Source of the DNA: Sulfolobales archaeon HS-7
GTDB taxonomy: Archaea; Thermoproteota; Thermoprotei_A; Sulfolobales; Sulfolobaceae
Assembly: GCA_019704295.1 (NCBI GenBank)
Contig: AP024596.1
Location: 1,632,001 to 1,696,000, forward strand
Length of the DNA: 64,000 nucleotides
Direction: 5' to 3'
Shown here in pieces: positions 21,733 to 31,078 of the stretch; the first letter of the stretch is position 1; each line of letters opens with the position of its first letter. Below the pieces are notes generated by a model that saw only the letters and a program-made list of their open reading frames with translations, had not been told where the DNA came from and ran no database searches. The translations under genes and the position numbers were made by a program.

Positions 21733-22784
21733 TTACAGCAATTTCGAGGCATCCTTATACACCCTATCAAGGAACTCGTAATCCTTTATTATACTCATCT
21801 TCTCCAGACTTCGTATTATATTATCTATTACACTGGAAGAAATTGTTGAGTTTTCCTCCATTTCGATGCAACTTTGTAGCCTAGACCAGGAGTTTTCGCC
21901 TTTTGCTAAACATTTCAAAGCATTCTTATACCTACTAGCCGTTAAGGTGGAAACTCTTCTTTTTTCCTCTATTAAGTTAACTAATTCTTGCTTTGCTAAC
22001 AATACCGCCATCTCCTTAACTTCCCTAATCTGCTTACCTTCAACGTACTTATTACCAGCGAAAGTAAGCCAACCTGGTATTCCATCAAAGTAGTCCACGA
22101 TATCTTCTACTACCTTATCCTCTACCTTTATGGAAAGTTCCTCGAAACCAGCTCTTAAGAACTCTTCACTTCCATCTCTATTTAACCTATCTAAGGTTAT
22201 TTCGAAATAGTATCTTCCGAAAATGGGAGAGTCTTTATCTCTACATCAATTAATTCATGGAGTAATCCGACTTCGGAACCCGTTAAAATGAAAGTCAGGT
22301 TTCTGTCATAGTCGTAAGCGTGAGCTATGGCTTCCTTAACCTCCTTACTTATAGGTCCTCTTAATTTCTGCGCCTCGTCCATAGCTATTATTAGCCTTTT
22401 CTCGTTAAGTTTATCGAAAAGGTCGGTGAGTGAGAGATAGTTTCTTCCTCCCCACTTTATTTCTACGTAGTTACCCATAATCCCTATTCCCTTTACCTTC
22501 TTCAGCACATCCTGTAAATAACCCAGCTTAGACGACAACGCGGAAGAGAACAGAGAATAAAGGTCCTTCCTGCCGTAATTTTCCTTAAGTTTTCTGAAAT
22601 CTATGAGTATAAAATTTTCTTTAGCCTCGTTCAAGCCAACTAACAGGACTGAGGTCTTACCAATTCTTCTAACACCAGTGATAACTATTAATGGTCGCCT
22701 TATGTTTCTTACTAGCGCTGATACTTCCTTCTCACGGTCAAAGAGGTCCTCTTTTCTCTCCTTCGGTCTTTCATCAAATAACAT
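21733..22784 (-). pseudogene. Archaeal AAA+ ATPase (ATPase_2-type with wHTH), single frameshift
   Basis: MLFDERPK..DLFDRE, Walker A GVRRIGKT, Walker B MDEAQ and TGSEVG; near 22240 the frame shifts to DKDSPIFGRYYFEITL, which runs into DGIPGWL. Confidence 0.85.
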
Positions 22785-22817
22785 ATTCTGCCCCAGAATA
22801 CTAGTTCTGCCCCAGAA
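22785..22817. promoter_or_regulatory. Tandem palindromic operator-like sites TTCTG-CCC-CAGAA x2
   Basis: Copies at 22786-22798 and 22805-22817, abutting the ATPase start codon. Confidence 0.6.
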
Positions 22818-23327
22818 GTAATAAAAACGTCAGGGAAAACTAGGGAAGGAATTAATTGGATTAGGGATGCAAGAACAAGGATAACGTCTAATGTAAAATT
22901 TATGTTATTTTCTTTATAAACTAAACTCCAAAAGAAAAACAAGTATCGTGAAACATTGCCAGAAGGATAACACCTAAGGGTAATTATAAGTAGGTTATAT
23001 CAAAGGGACGACTAATTCGTACGCAATCACTAAGGGGGAATACCTAAAGGAAATCCTTAAGAAGTTGAGGGTTGTGATTGAGGGAGTTCAAGGGTTTCTA
23101 TCTCCCCAGATACGAATTGACCTACTTCAAGACGCTTCTTATGAAACTTTTCAAAGAGTTGGGAGCAGTGGGGCGATCATTCACTAACGTTATCAAGTGT
23201 TCCCTAGGTACTATGACGATAATTAAGGAGAAAAGGTAAAGCGAATATTCGAGTAAATTGTCGACCATTACTATGTCTATACGTACCTTATTCAGTTCCA
23301 AAACTCCGATACGCGTTATGTATCGTG

Positions 23328-24638
23328 TCAATTCGCCAGGTTACTTATTTCCTCACTTGTCATTTCAATCGGTACGTAATTGGTATCATAACCTTTGAAA
23401 AACCAGTAACCAACGGCAGCTAATCCCAACCCCCACAATCCTAAATTATAGATTGTCCATTGAGGCCAACTTAACGCAGTCGTTAAGTACCCCGATATCG
23501 TATAGGATATTATAGGAGCGCTTCTAACCACCCCTATTAGAAATGCCCTGGCGTTGGTCGGCATAAGAAGGGGTTCCATAATCGTTCTAGTGGCCCATGC
23601 GAACTCACTAAATGCCATATTTAAAGAGAGGAGTATATAGAAAGTGGATAAAGAGAACGGTAATACCCCTGTCGCTAGAAGAACTATCGGAATCATGGTG
23701 ATCGTACCTCCAAGAAACGATAAAATGCCGAATACTCTTGATGAGATCATCACAATAAACAGCCCTATTCCCAGTCCGGCAATTCCCGCGGCGAGATTAG
23801 CTATGAAAATGGAAAAAGACGCAACGCTCCCGGGTATTTGACTCTGGTAGAATTCTGGGGCAACGTATGCCATAAGACCATAGGTAAGGTACTGGGAAAT
23901 TCCAATTAACATGAGGAAGAGAATCCTCGTCTTTAATCCTACTCTCACTTTATTTTCCCTCACCCTTGTATTTTCCTCAGAAAGTGACGAAACCGTCTTC
24001 TTAGCCTCCTCTAACTTACCTTTATGTATATACCATCTAGCGGAGTCCGGAGAGAACTTCCTTATTATTAGCGTTATCCCTACAATAATTAGAGTAAATA
24101 TTCCTAGACTTGCCATCATTATGGTCTCAGAATTAGTGAACTGATAAATCAGGTAAGCTATTAACGATATTACAGCTGCGCCTATGTTATTGAAGTTTGG
24201 GATGAGAGTAAGAGCTTTTTCTCTGTGCTTTAACGGGAATGTTTCAGCAGCATATGCTAGCCCTACCGGAACCTCACCCTCTATGCCGAGAGTTCCAAGA
24301 AATATCCCTGCCATTATTGTTGTGAAAAGCCATGTTCCCTTAGCGAAAAAAGCTCCAGCTACAATTAAGGCTGCCCCTAGACCGTATAACGACATGGTTA
24401 TTACATAGGAGTTCTTCCTTCCCAATCTAATGTCGGAAATATATGGAATGATCAAAGTTCCCAAAAACGTAGCGATTGGAGGAATTATGAAAACCAGAAT
24501 AGTCTTAAATTGAAAATAGGATAGAGGTCCTATCGTAGCGTAAACTCCCCATATGAAAAACCCTAATGATAGTGATGTGAAGAGAAAAGAGTGAGCTTTA
24601 GACCATTTAGCTTTATCAATTTTCGCGGTAATGCTCAT
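23328..24638 (-). CDS. MFS transporter
   Basis: 12 TM; SDxxLGRK loop, YAAETFP..HR and PDSARW motifs. Confidence 0.9.
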   Translation of the reverse strand: MSITAKIDKAKWSKAHSFLFTSLSLGFFIWGVYATIGPLSYFQFKTILVFIIPPIATFLGTLIIPYISDIRLGRKNSYVITMSLYGLGAALIVAGAFFAKGTWLFTTIMAGIFLGTLGIEGEVPVGLAYAAETFPLKHREKALTLIPNFNNIGAAVISLIAYLIYQFTNSETIMMASLGIFTLIIVGITLIIRKFSPDSARWYIHKGKLEEAKKTVSSLSEENTRVRENKVRVGLKTRILFLMLIGISQYLTYGLMAYVAPEFYQSQIPGSVASFSIFIANLAAGIAGLGIGLFIVMISSRVFGILSFLGGTITMIPIVLLATGVLPFSLSTFYILLSLNMAFSEFAWATRTIMEPLLMPTNARAFLIGVVRSAPIISYTISGYLTTALSWPQWTIYNLGLWGLGLAAVGYWFFKGYDTNYVPIEMTSEEISNLAN

Positions 24639-24699
24639 AATCTAAAATACGTATAGTGAGTTATAAGTGTATTTATAACTAAGTTATAACGAAAAAAAT

Positions 24700-26259
24700 T
24701 CAAGTATATATGGTTCTCGCTTGCTCCCTCATGAACGAAAGCAGGTAATACTGACCGCCGGCGTTCTTCCCAGTATAGCCTGAGTGCTTCCAGCCTCCGA
24801 AAGGTTGTACGCCTGGCATTGCACCGGTTGTCGCTCCGACTTCCCTATTAGCGTAAGCTACGCCGGACTCTATATTGCTGAAGAAGTACTCGATCTCCTC
24901 CTTATCCTCACTGAAAATTCCCGCAGTAAGGCCGTAATCTACATCATTGGCAAGTCTTATCGCTCTTTCTAGTGTGTCGTACTTAGTTACAAGCAGGATT
25001 GGAACGAAAAGCTCGGTCTTCCACAGGCGGCTAGTTAACGGTAGATCGGTAACTACTGTAGGTTCAACGTAAAGATCGTGTAACGCTTTCCCTCCGTAAG
25101 CTATCTTCCCTCCATCTCTTTTAGCCTCTTCAATGAAATTCGTATACTTCTTAACTGCTTCTCTGTTTATAATAGGCCCTAAGAAAGTGTCTCTCTCGCG
25201 CGGATCTCCGACTTTGATTTTCTTTACCCTTTCAACCAGCTTCTCTATGAAAGTTTCATAGACCTTATCATAAACGTAAACCCTCGATGTAGCACTGCAT
25301 TTTTGCCCTCCAAAGCCAAAAGCTCCCCTAGTGACTCCCTCCACAGCCTTATCTAGATTAGCCTTTGAAGTTACTATAACTGGGTTCTTTCCACCGAGTT
25401 CCATCACGACAGGTCTAGGATTAATTGAGGTTAACTCCTTTAATAGGGAATGCCCTACATCCCTACTTCCGGTAAACGCTAAACCGGAAACGTCCTTGCT
25501 ACTTAGCGCGACCTTTGCTATTGTGCTTCCGCTACCTGTTACGTAATTTACAACGTTTTGAGGAAATCCCGCCCTTCTCATTATAGTGACTAGATTATAG
25601 GCGGAAAGAGGTGTGTCAGAGGAAGGCTTAACGATAGCGGTATTCCCAGTAATTACAGCCCCTAAGGTCATCGTAGAGGTTATAGCCAGCGGAAAGTTAA
25701 ATGGGGCTATTATAAGCCATACTCCGTAGGGTCTCATCACTGAAGTCGCGATCTCATTTTTATACATTCTTGCATCCATTTCCTTTACGTATCCTCTGTT
25801 TTCCTGAAGTAGTTTGGCATAATATCTGAAATAATCAATGGTTTCATCTACTTCTGCAACTGCTTCAGCACGCGTTTTACCGTTCTCATAAGCTATAGTC
25901 GCCGCCAATTCGAACTTTTCTCTCTGCATCAATTCCGCCGCTCTCATAGTAATTTCAACTCTAGTCTTCCAATCTATGTCCCTCCACTCGTAAAAACCCT
26001 CCTTTGCTATTTGAATTGCCTTTGACACAGTAGTCTCGCTCGCTAAGTTAAACTTACCTATAACCGTCTTCTCGTCAATAGGAGATTTTACTTCAAATTT
26101 AGAACTCTCATGTATTTCTTGATTTCCGATCAGTATCGGATACTCCCTATTTAATTTCTCTTCTACTTTTTTAAGTCCCTTTTCATACTCCTCGTTGAAT
26201 TCGTCTAACTTGTTTTCCTCTTGATACTTTAATTGGGTTCTCTCGTTTACGAATCCCAT
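24700..26259 (-). CDS. Aldehyde dehydrogenase, P5C/glutamate-semialdehyde dehydrogenase-like
   Basis: FVNE start, APFNFP, FTGS, MELGGKN, GQKCSA (catalytic Cys), ELFVP and QPFGGWKxSG motifs. Confidence 0.9.
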   Translation of the reverse strand: MGFVNERTQLKYQEENKLDEFNEEYEKGLKKVEEKLNREYPILIGNQEIHESSKFEVKSPIDEKTVIGKFNLASETTVSKAIQIAKEGFYEWRDIDWKTRVEITMRAAELMQREKFELAATIAYENGKTRAEAVAEVDETIDYFRYYAKLLQENRGYVKEMDARMYKNEIATSVMRPYGVWLIIAPFNFPLAITSTMTLGAVITGNTAIVKPSSDTPLSAYNLVTIMRRAGFPQNVVNYVTGSGSTIAKVALSSKDVSGLAFTGSRDVGHSLLKELTSINPRPVVMELGGKNPVIVTSKANLDKAVEGVTRGAFGFGGQKCSATSRVYVYDKVYETFIEKLVERVKKIKVGDPRERDTFLGPIINREAVKKYTNFIEEAKRDGGKIAYGGKALHDLYVEPTVVTDLPLTSRLWKTELFVPILLVTKYDTLERAIRLANDVDYGLTAGIFSEDKEEIEYFFSNIESGVAYANREVGATTGAMPGVQPFGGWKHSGYTGKNAGGQYYLLSFMREQARTIYT

Positions 26260-26443
26260 ATATATATTTTCTATCAATAGAATAAAAATTCTATTCTACC
26301 TTATCCAATTACCCACTTTATTTCGGAAAGAACAGTTTAACAGATAGTGATATTTTCAGGATATAATAACAATTACTACAATTGCTATTCTATATATAGG
26401 AAAAAATATAATCTATGAAAAGGATATATCTTTTTGAGACCTC

Positions 26444-27163
26444 ATGACGAGGGTAATATTAACCGCAGATAGAAGTGCATTCACGGATTACGCTGGAACC
26501 AGTGTACTCGGCTATGTCGCATGTATGCCTAGTAGATTAGTCCCTAGGTACTTTATGGACAAGTTCTTCACCCCTCCCATAAAGGCAGACAAAAACGGCA
26601 AGGCCTTGTATGCCCCCTATTCCCTAAGGAAGCTTGAGGCGTTGCTATCTAACGAGGGATTCGACACAATGGTTACCCCTCCTGAATACCTAAAAAAGGT
26701 AGCTAATGAGGGAGATATAGTGGGTATTACGGCTCATGACCCCTTAGGAATAGAACCCGTTTCCATGAAGCTTTCAATGCTTTTCGGAGGTGGAAAAACT
26801 TGGACTGCAGAGTTCTTTGAGGAATTGGGAGAGCAGGTTAGAAAGGTAAAGAAGGAAAAGGGAATAAAAGTCCTCGTGGGAGGACCTGGGGTGTGGCAAC
26901 TTGAAAGGGAGAGACCTGAATGGATCGATACCGTCTATATTGGTGATGGTGAAACGGACCTTCCCGAAGTATTAAAGAAAATAGAGGCAGGAGAGAAAAT
27001 ACCTGTGGTAAAGGCGAGAAAGGTACGAGATGTCACAAAAATCCCAACAATAAAAAATCCTGCGAGACTAGGAGAGGTTCAGGTGACAAGGGGGTGTCCC
27101 CGGGGGTGTCAATTTTGCTCAATAACTCCCGAGACATTCATGTCAATACCGTTAGATGACGTA
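26444..27163 (+). pseudogene. B12-binding/radical SAM protein, interrupted by IS insertion
   Basis: APYSLRK and TRGCPRGCQFC (CxxxCxxC); frame runs into the IS right end at 27164 and resumes only briefly (LKE) after 28883. Confidence 0.85.
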
Positions 27164-27330
27164 GTGAACTACCCCGCCCTCACGGACAGGGCATCCCCAC
27201 CTCGCGGTGAGGATTTCCTGCTTCTTCCAGGGAACTTACTGTACACTCCCTTAGAGAAGGGGATGTACAGCAGAGGTCTCCTGTCCACAGGCTCTAAGGG
27301 CAGTCCCGACCCCGCGTGAAGGATATTTAG
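27164..27330 (-). ncRNA. TnpB omega-RNA (reRNA) scaffold overlapping the tnpB 3' end
   Basis: Located at the right end; hairpins gccct-N7-agggc and ctgtaca...tgtacag; far better conserved between the two copies than the coding part. Confidence 0.7.
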
Positions 27331-28377
27331 AGAAGCGTTATAATCACGGTCTACAGCGCAACCACAATTAGGACAAACAAACACTCGGTCGGAAAGGGTT
27401 AGGTCTTTTTTCACGTATCCACACCTAGCACATGTCTTTGAAGTATTCCTCGGATCTACCTTCACTACCCTCCTACCAGCTCTTTCAGCCTTGTAGGATA
27501 GGTAGCTCATGAACTTAGAGAAGTTAGAGTGGAGGACATGCTTCCTCAGAGTTTTACTCTCGTTACTCTCCACCATTTCCCTTACGTCTAGGTCTTCCAC
27601 GCATATCTTATCATATTGTTCCACGAGCCACGAAGTCACCTTGTGGAGGTAATCGCTCATCAAGTTCTTCACATGTTCGTGAAGCTTGGCTAATTTTTCC
27701 CTGACCTTCTCGTAGTTTTTAGATCCCTTCCTCTTTCTTGATAGTGATCTCTGCAGGACCTTTATCCTCTTCTCGACATTGTCGAAAACCTTAGGGTTCC
27801 CTATCACTATACCGGTAGACGTAGTTACTAGCTTGTCAACTCCCAGGTCTATTCCGACCACTTTCCCAGTTTTCTCGCGAGGTCTCTTTTCGACCTCAAC
27901 CTGAAAGATAGCATGCCAACCAGTGGCACTCCTCTTTATGATAACTCCCTTTACCTCACCTTCCAAAGGTCTGTGGAAGAGGACTTCCATTTCGCCTACC
28001 TTAGATAGGACGAGTCTGTCTCCCTGAACTTTGAAACCTGACTGGTTATAATTGATCACCTTGAGGAACTTCTTGTACCTCAGTTTCCCCACTTTCCTCT
28101 CCTTCTTCCTAAGTTCGTGAAGGGCGTTGATGTTATACCATAGTAAGTTGTTGACCATCTGGAGGACTTTGGAGTAAACTAGTTCCTTTCCTTCTATTTT
28201 TAGGTCTTTCAACATGTTTTGAGTGTCCTTGGGTGTTATCTTTTTCCCTTCTTTCCTCGCGTTATTTACCGTGTCTAACAACGCATTGTAAACCCTAGCT
28301 TCGATTTGCATGACGCGGAGGAGTTTCTCCTCTACTTCTCTTGTTGGATAAACCCTGTACTTGAAGGAGAGTTGAAT
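27169..28377 (-). CDS. tnpB: RNA-guided endonuclease TnpB
   Basis: RuvC motifs GIDLG, VEDL and [10 protein letters not shown]; CxxC..CPNCG Zn finger; the N-terminal LSFKYRVYPT lies in frame upstream of the first ATG (28311). Confidence 0.92.
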   Translation of the reverse strand: MQLSFKYRVYPTREVEEKLLRVMQIEARVYNALLDTVNNARKEGKKITPKDTQNMLKDLKIEGKELVYSKVLQMVNNLLWYNINALHELRKKERKVGKLRYKKFLKVINYNQSGFKVQGDRLVLSKVGEMEVLFHRPLEGEVKGVIIKRSATGWHAIFQVEVEKRPREKTGKVVGIDLGVDKLVTTSTGIVIGNPKVFDNVEKRIKVLQRSLSRKRKGSKNYEKVREKLAKLHEHVKNLMSDYLHKVTSWLVEQYDKICVEDLDVREMVESNESKTLRKHVLHSNFSKFMSYLSYKAERAGRRVVKVDPRNTSKTCARCGYVKKDLTLSDRVFVCPNCGCAVDRDYNASLNILHAGSGLPLEPVDRRPLLYIPFSKGVYSKFPGRSRKSSPRGGDALSVRAG

Positions 28378-28381
28378 TTTG

Positions 28382-28789
28382 TTACTCTCTCTCCTGGCTC
28401 TCCACGTATTTCCTCAACACCTCTAGCGTTACCTGTCCACTTGTCGCTAGGAAATATGAGGGAGACCAGAAGTGTCCTTTCCACAGTTTCTCTTTCATTT
28501 GAGGGAATTTCCTCTGTATTTCCCTTGAGGTAATGGTCTTGACCGCGTTTATGTATCTAGGTATGTCCAAGGTCGGTTTTGCTTTGAATAACATGTGAAA
28601 GTGATCCTTATCCACACCAATGTCTATTACCTCGACTTCGAATGTTTTGCTTATCTCCAGGATTTGTTCTTTTAGAAAATTGATTATTTCCTCGTTGTTA
28701 AATACCTTCCTGCGGTACTTCACCACCTGGACGTAGTGGTAATAAAGAGCGTAAACCGAGTGCGACCCTCTCTCCAATCTGTACCGCAT
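28382..28789 (-). CDS. tnpA: Y1 HUH transposase TnpA
   Basis: YHxVxVVKYR, DHFHMLF (HUH), FWSPSYF and YVESQ catalytic Tyr motifs. Confidence 0.95.
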   Translation of the reverse strand: MRYRLERGSHSVYALYYHYVQVVKYRRKVFNNEEIINFLKEQILEISKTFEVEVIDIGVDKDHFHMLFKAKPTLDIPRYINAVKTITSREIQRKFPQMKEKLWKGHFWSPSYFLATSGQVTLEVLRKYVESQERE

Positions 28790-29487
28790 AGTTATGCTTA
28801 TTTTTTTATAACTATAAAAAGATTTCTATAAGGGGGCTATCCTCACGGAAGGGGACTTTCGCCCCCTTAACCCCCCCATAAAGTTAAAAGAGACAAAGGG
28901 ACATTCTGCAATGAAGTATAGCGGAATTCAACTTTCATCAACGCTGGATATGATAAACTCGATCTATAGGCTATTCAGAATATCGGTTTCTAATACCTAA
29001 GTTAGCTCAACTGACATACAAGATCTATACGAGATGATGTATCCCAGATAAAGATGATATCTTTACTATTCGGTGCTGACTCCTTGGATATGGGTAATAA
29101 ATATGTATGAATTTCCAACCTAGGCCGTTCACGTATTCATTGCGAATTCGGTTTGTTTAGAAATATAGAATGAATTTAATTGAGTTTAATCATATAAATT
29201 ATGTAGGAATTCGTACTTGTAATTTCCTTTATTTGTTGCTATTTCCAATGATTGTAATTCGCGATGAATACCTGAGACATCCTCCAACCCATTTTCTACA
29301 TCACTAGTTAGTTTCTACACGAAGTTCATAAGAATCTGAACTTTTTCTTCGCGTAGAGCGTATGTAACGTGACAAGAATATAAAGTAGCAAAAGATCCGC
29401 CTAGTAGGACTCTTATTATGTAGTGCTAGTTCATACTCTTCCCAAGGGGAAACAAAGTTTTTTCCTATTAACTTGTTAAGTATTATC

Positions 29488-30252
29488 ATGGAAACTATTG
29501 AACTAGAAGAAAGGGGAAAAATAACCATAATTTACTTGAACAGGCCTGAGAAAAGGAACGCAATAAACATTAAGATGGCTGAGGAGATCGCCTCTGTCTT
29601 AACGGAACTTAATGATAATAGTAACGTTAGAGTGGTAATAATCACGGGTAAAGGGGGATCCTTCTCCGCAGGTGCCGATGTGAAGGAAATGTATGAAACG
29701 CAAGTAGAGGAAATTGTGAGAAAAGGTCATATGCCACTATGGAACGCGTTAAGGAGGTTCCGAAAACCAGTGATAGCTGTAATTAATGGAGTTGCAGCTG
29801 GTGGCGGCCTTGAGTTGGCTATGGCTTGTGATATAATTATAGCAGAAAAGGGAACCAAATTAGGTCAACCAGAGATAAATCTCGGTATAATTCCGGGGGC
29901 TGGAGGAACTCAAAGACTGACCCGGACAATAGGCAAATACAAAGCAATGAAATTGGTTTTGACCGGTGAGTTAATAACCGCGGAGGAGGCCGAAAGAATG
30001 GGACTAATAACGGCTTTAACGGAACCGGGTAAAGGTTTAGAAGAAGCAATCAAGTTAGCCCAGGAAATTACAAAAAGACCCAGCTTCGCAGTAGAACTAG
30101 CTAAGGAAAGTGTATCTAAAGCTACTGAAACCAATCTGGAACAGGGACTGGATATAGAGAGAAGGAACTTCTACCTTACACTGACAACTGACGAAGGAAA
30201 GGAGGGAATGAAGGCATTCATAGAAAAGAGGAAGCCCTCATGGATGAAATAG
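29488..30252 (+). CDS. Enoyl-CoA hydratase/isomerase
   Basis: LNRPEKRNA, FSAGAD, GGGLELA and QPEINLGIIPGAGGTQRL motifs, with both catalytic Glu. Confidence 0.95.
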   Translation: METIELEERGKITIIYLNRPEKRNAINIKMAEEIASVLTELNDNSNVRVVIITGKGGSFSAGADVKEMYETQVEEIVRKGHMPLWNALRRFRKPVIAVINGVAAGGGLELAMACDIIIAEKGTKLGQPEINLGIIPGAGGTQRLTRTIGKYKAMKLVLTGELITAEEAERMGLITALTEPGKGLEEAIKLAQEITKRPSFAVELAKESVSKATETNLEQGLDIERRNFYLTLTTDEGKEGMKAFIEKRKPSWMK

Positions 30253-30452
30253 GGGGTCAACGTTTTCCATCTTACCTAAAATCACGTTTTTAACTTTACG
30301 GTATTATAATTCCTAAGACTTTAAAGGGCATCAACACCCTCTCATGTGGAAGATTTTCATTTAATTTCAGATATAAGGTGGCCCCAAGCTATAAGTAAGT
30401 GTGAATAACGTTATCGTCAGTTAGCTAAAGTTCAGAAATGCGCTGTTTCATG

Positions 30453-30998
30453 TTATTCCCTTCTAATGAATCTGAGGAGATAAATAACGCTGGTTATGGT
30501 ATATCCTACTAGAGCTGTGACAACCCCAATGAGATAGAAAAGAACGGTAGGAGCTATTTGGGAGTTAAATAGGACTATTATTTCGATTAACAGAGCAGGA
30601 AAAGCCAATACGAAAAAAAGGATCATGATACCTCTCAACCTCTCTTGAAGAACGTCGAGTTCGAATAGTCTCTTAGCTGTCTTTAGCAGACTTTCTATTT
30701 CTCCAACGATATCCTTTATTCTGTAAGAAAGGTTCTCCGATGCGAGCTCTACCTTTTTTTGTCCGGACTCCCCGCTAATCTTGTAATAAGTAATGATTTC
30801 CTCCAGGAAGCTCGCAGTCTCGCTATCCGTGAAAAAGTTAGAAGCCTCCCTGAGGAAAATGGCCATGCTCTGGGCTTTTTTCCTTAGTAAGCGTTCTCTA
30901 AATTGACTTTTTAATACAACGTAAATGAAGATTGTAAATACGACAAAGGATATGGTCGTAAGAACAGTTACGAATAGCAACACTAAATAAACTTGCAC
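30453..30998 (-). CDS. Hypothetical membrane protein (3 TM)
   Basis: 181 aa ORF with one N-terminal and two C-terminal TM helices; AT-rich TATA-like sequence upstream. Confidence 0.65.
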   Translation of the reverse strand: MQVYLVLLFVTVLTTISFVVFTIFIYVVLKSQFRERLLRKKAQSMAIFLREASNFFTDSETASFLEEIITYYKISGESGQKKVELASENLSYRIKDIVGEIESLLKTAKRLFELDVLQERLRGIMILFFVLAFPALLIEIIVLFNSQIAPTVLFYLIGVVTALVGYTITSVIYLLRFIRRE

Positions 30999-31078
30999 AA
31001 GAGTTAAGGAGCCTCGTTATTATTAAATAGTCAAGTATTGGCTGTGGTTCTTTCTCTATAATTGGAACCAACCAGCGT

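Larger units (their letters stand above)
27164..28883 (-). mobile_element. IS200/IS605 family element (ISC1733-like), 1720 bp, tnpA plus tnpB
   Basis: Left end preceded by TTTAA (ttaaa 28884-28888), right end ...GTTCAC, subterminal hairpins, no target duplication; removing it restores the DDV-LKE frame of the host gene. Confidence 0.93.

Noticed and set aside
23122-23331. 69-aa ORF downstream of the MFS gene
   Set aside because: No motif or other support; may be chance
27164-27319. C-terminal 52 codons of the 26444-27319 ORF
   Set aside because: Read-through into the antisense strand of the IS right end, not part of the radical SAM protein
29030-29080. ATGATGT...ATGATAT...CTGA box C/D-like pattern
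   Set aside because: First guide would be only about 4 nt; spacing non-canonical
30310-30360. agggcatc..cacc similarity to the IS right end
   Set aside because: Fewer than about 15 matching bases and no terminal TCAC or hairpin
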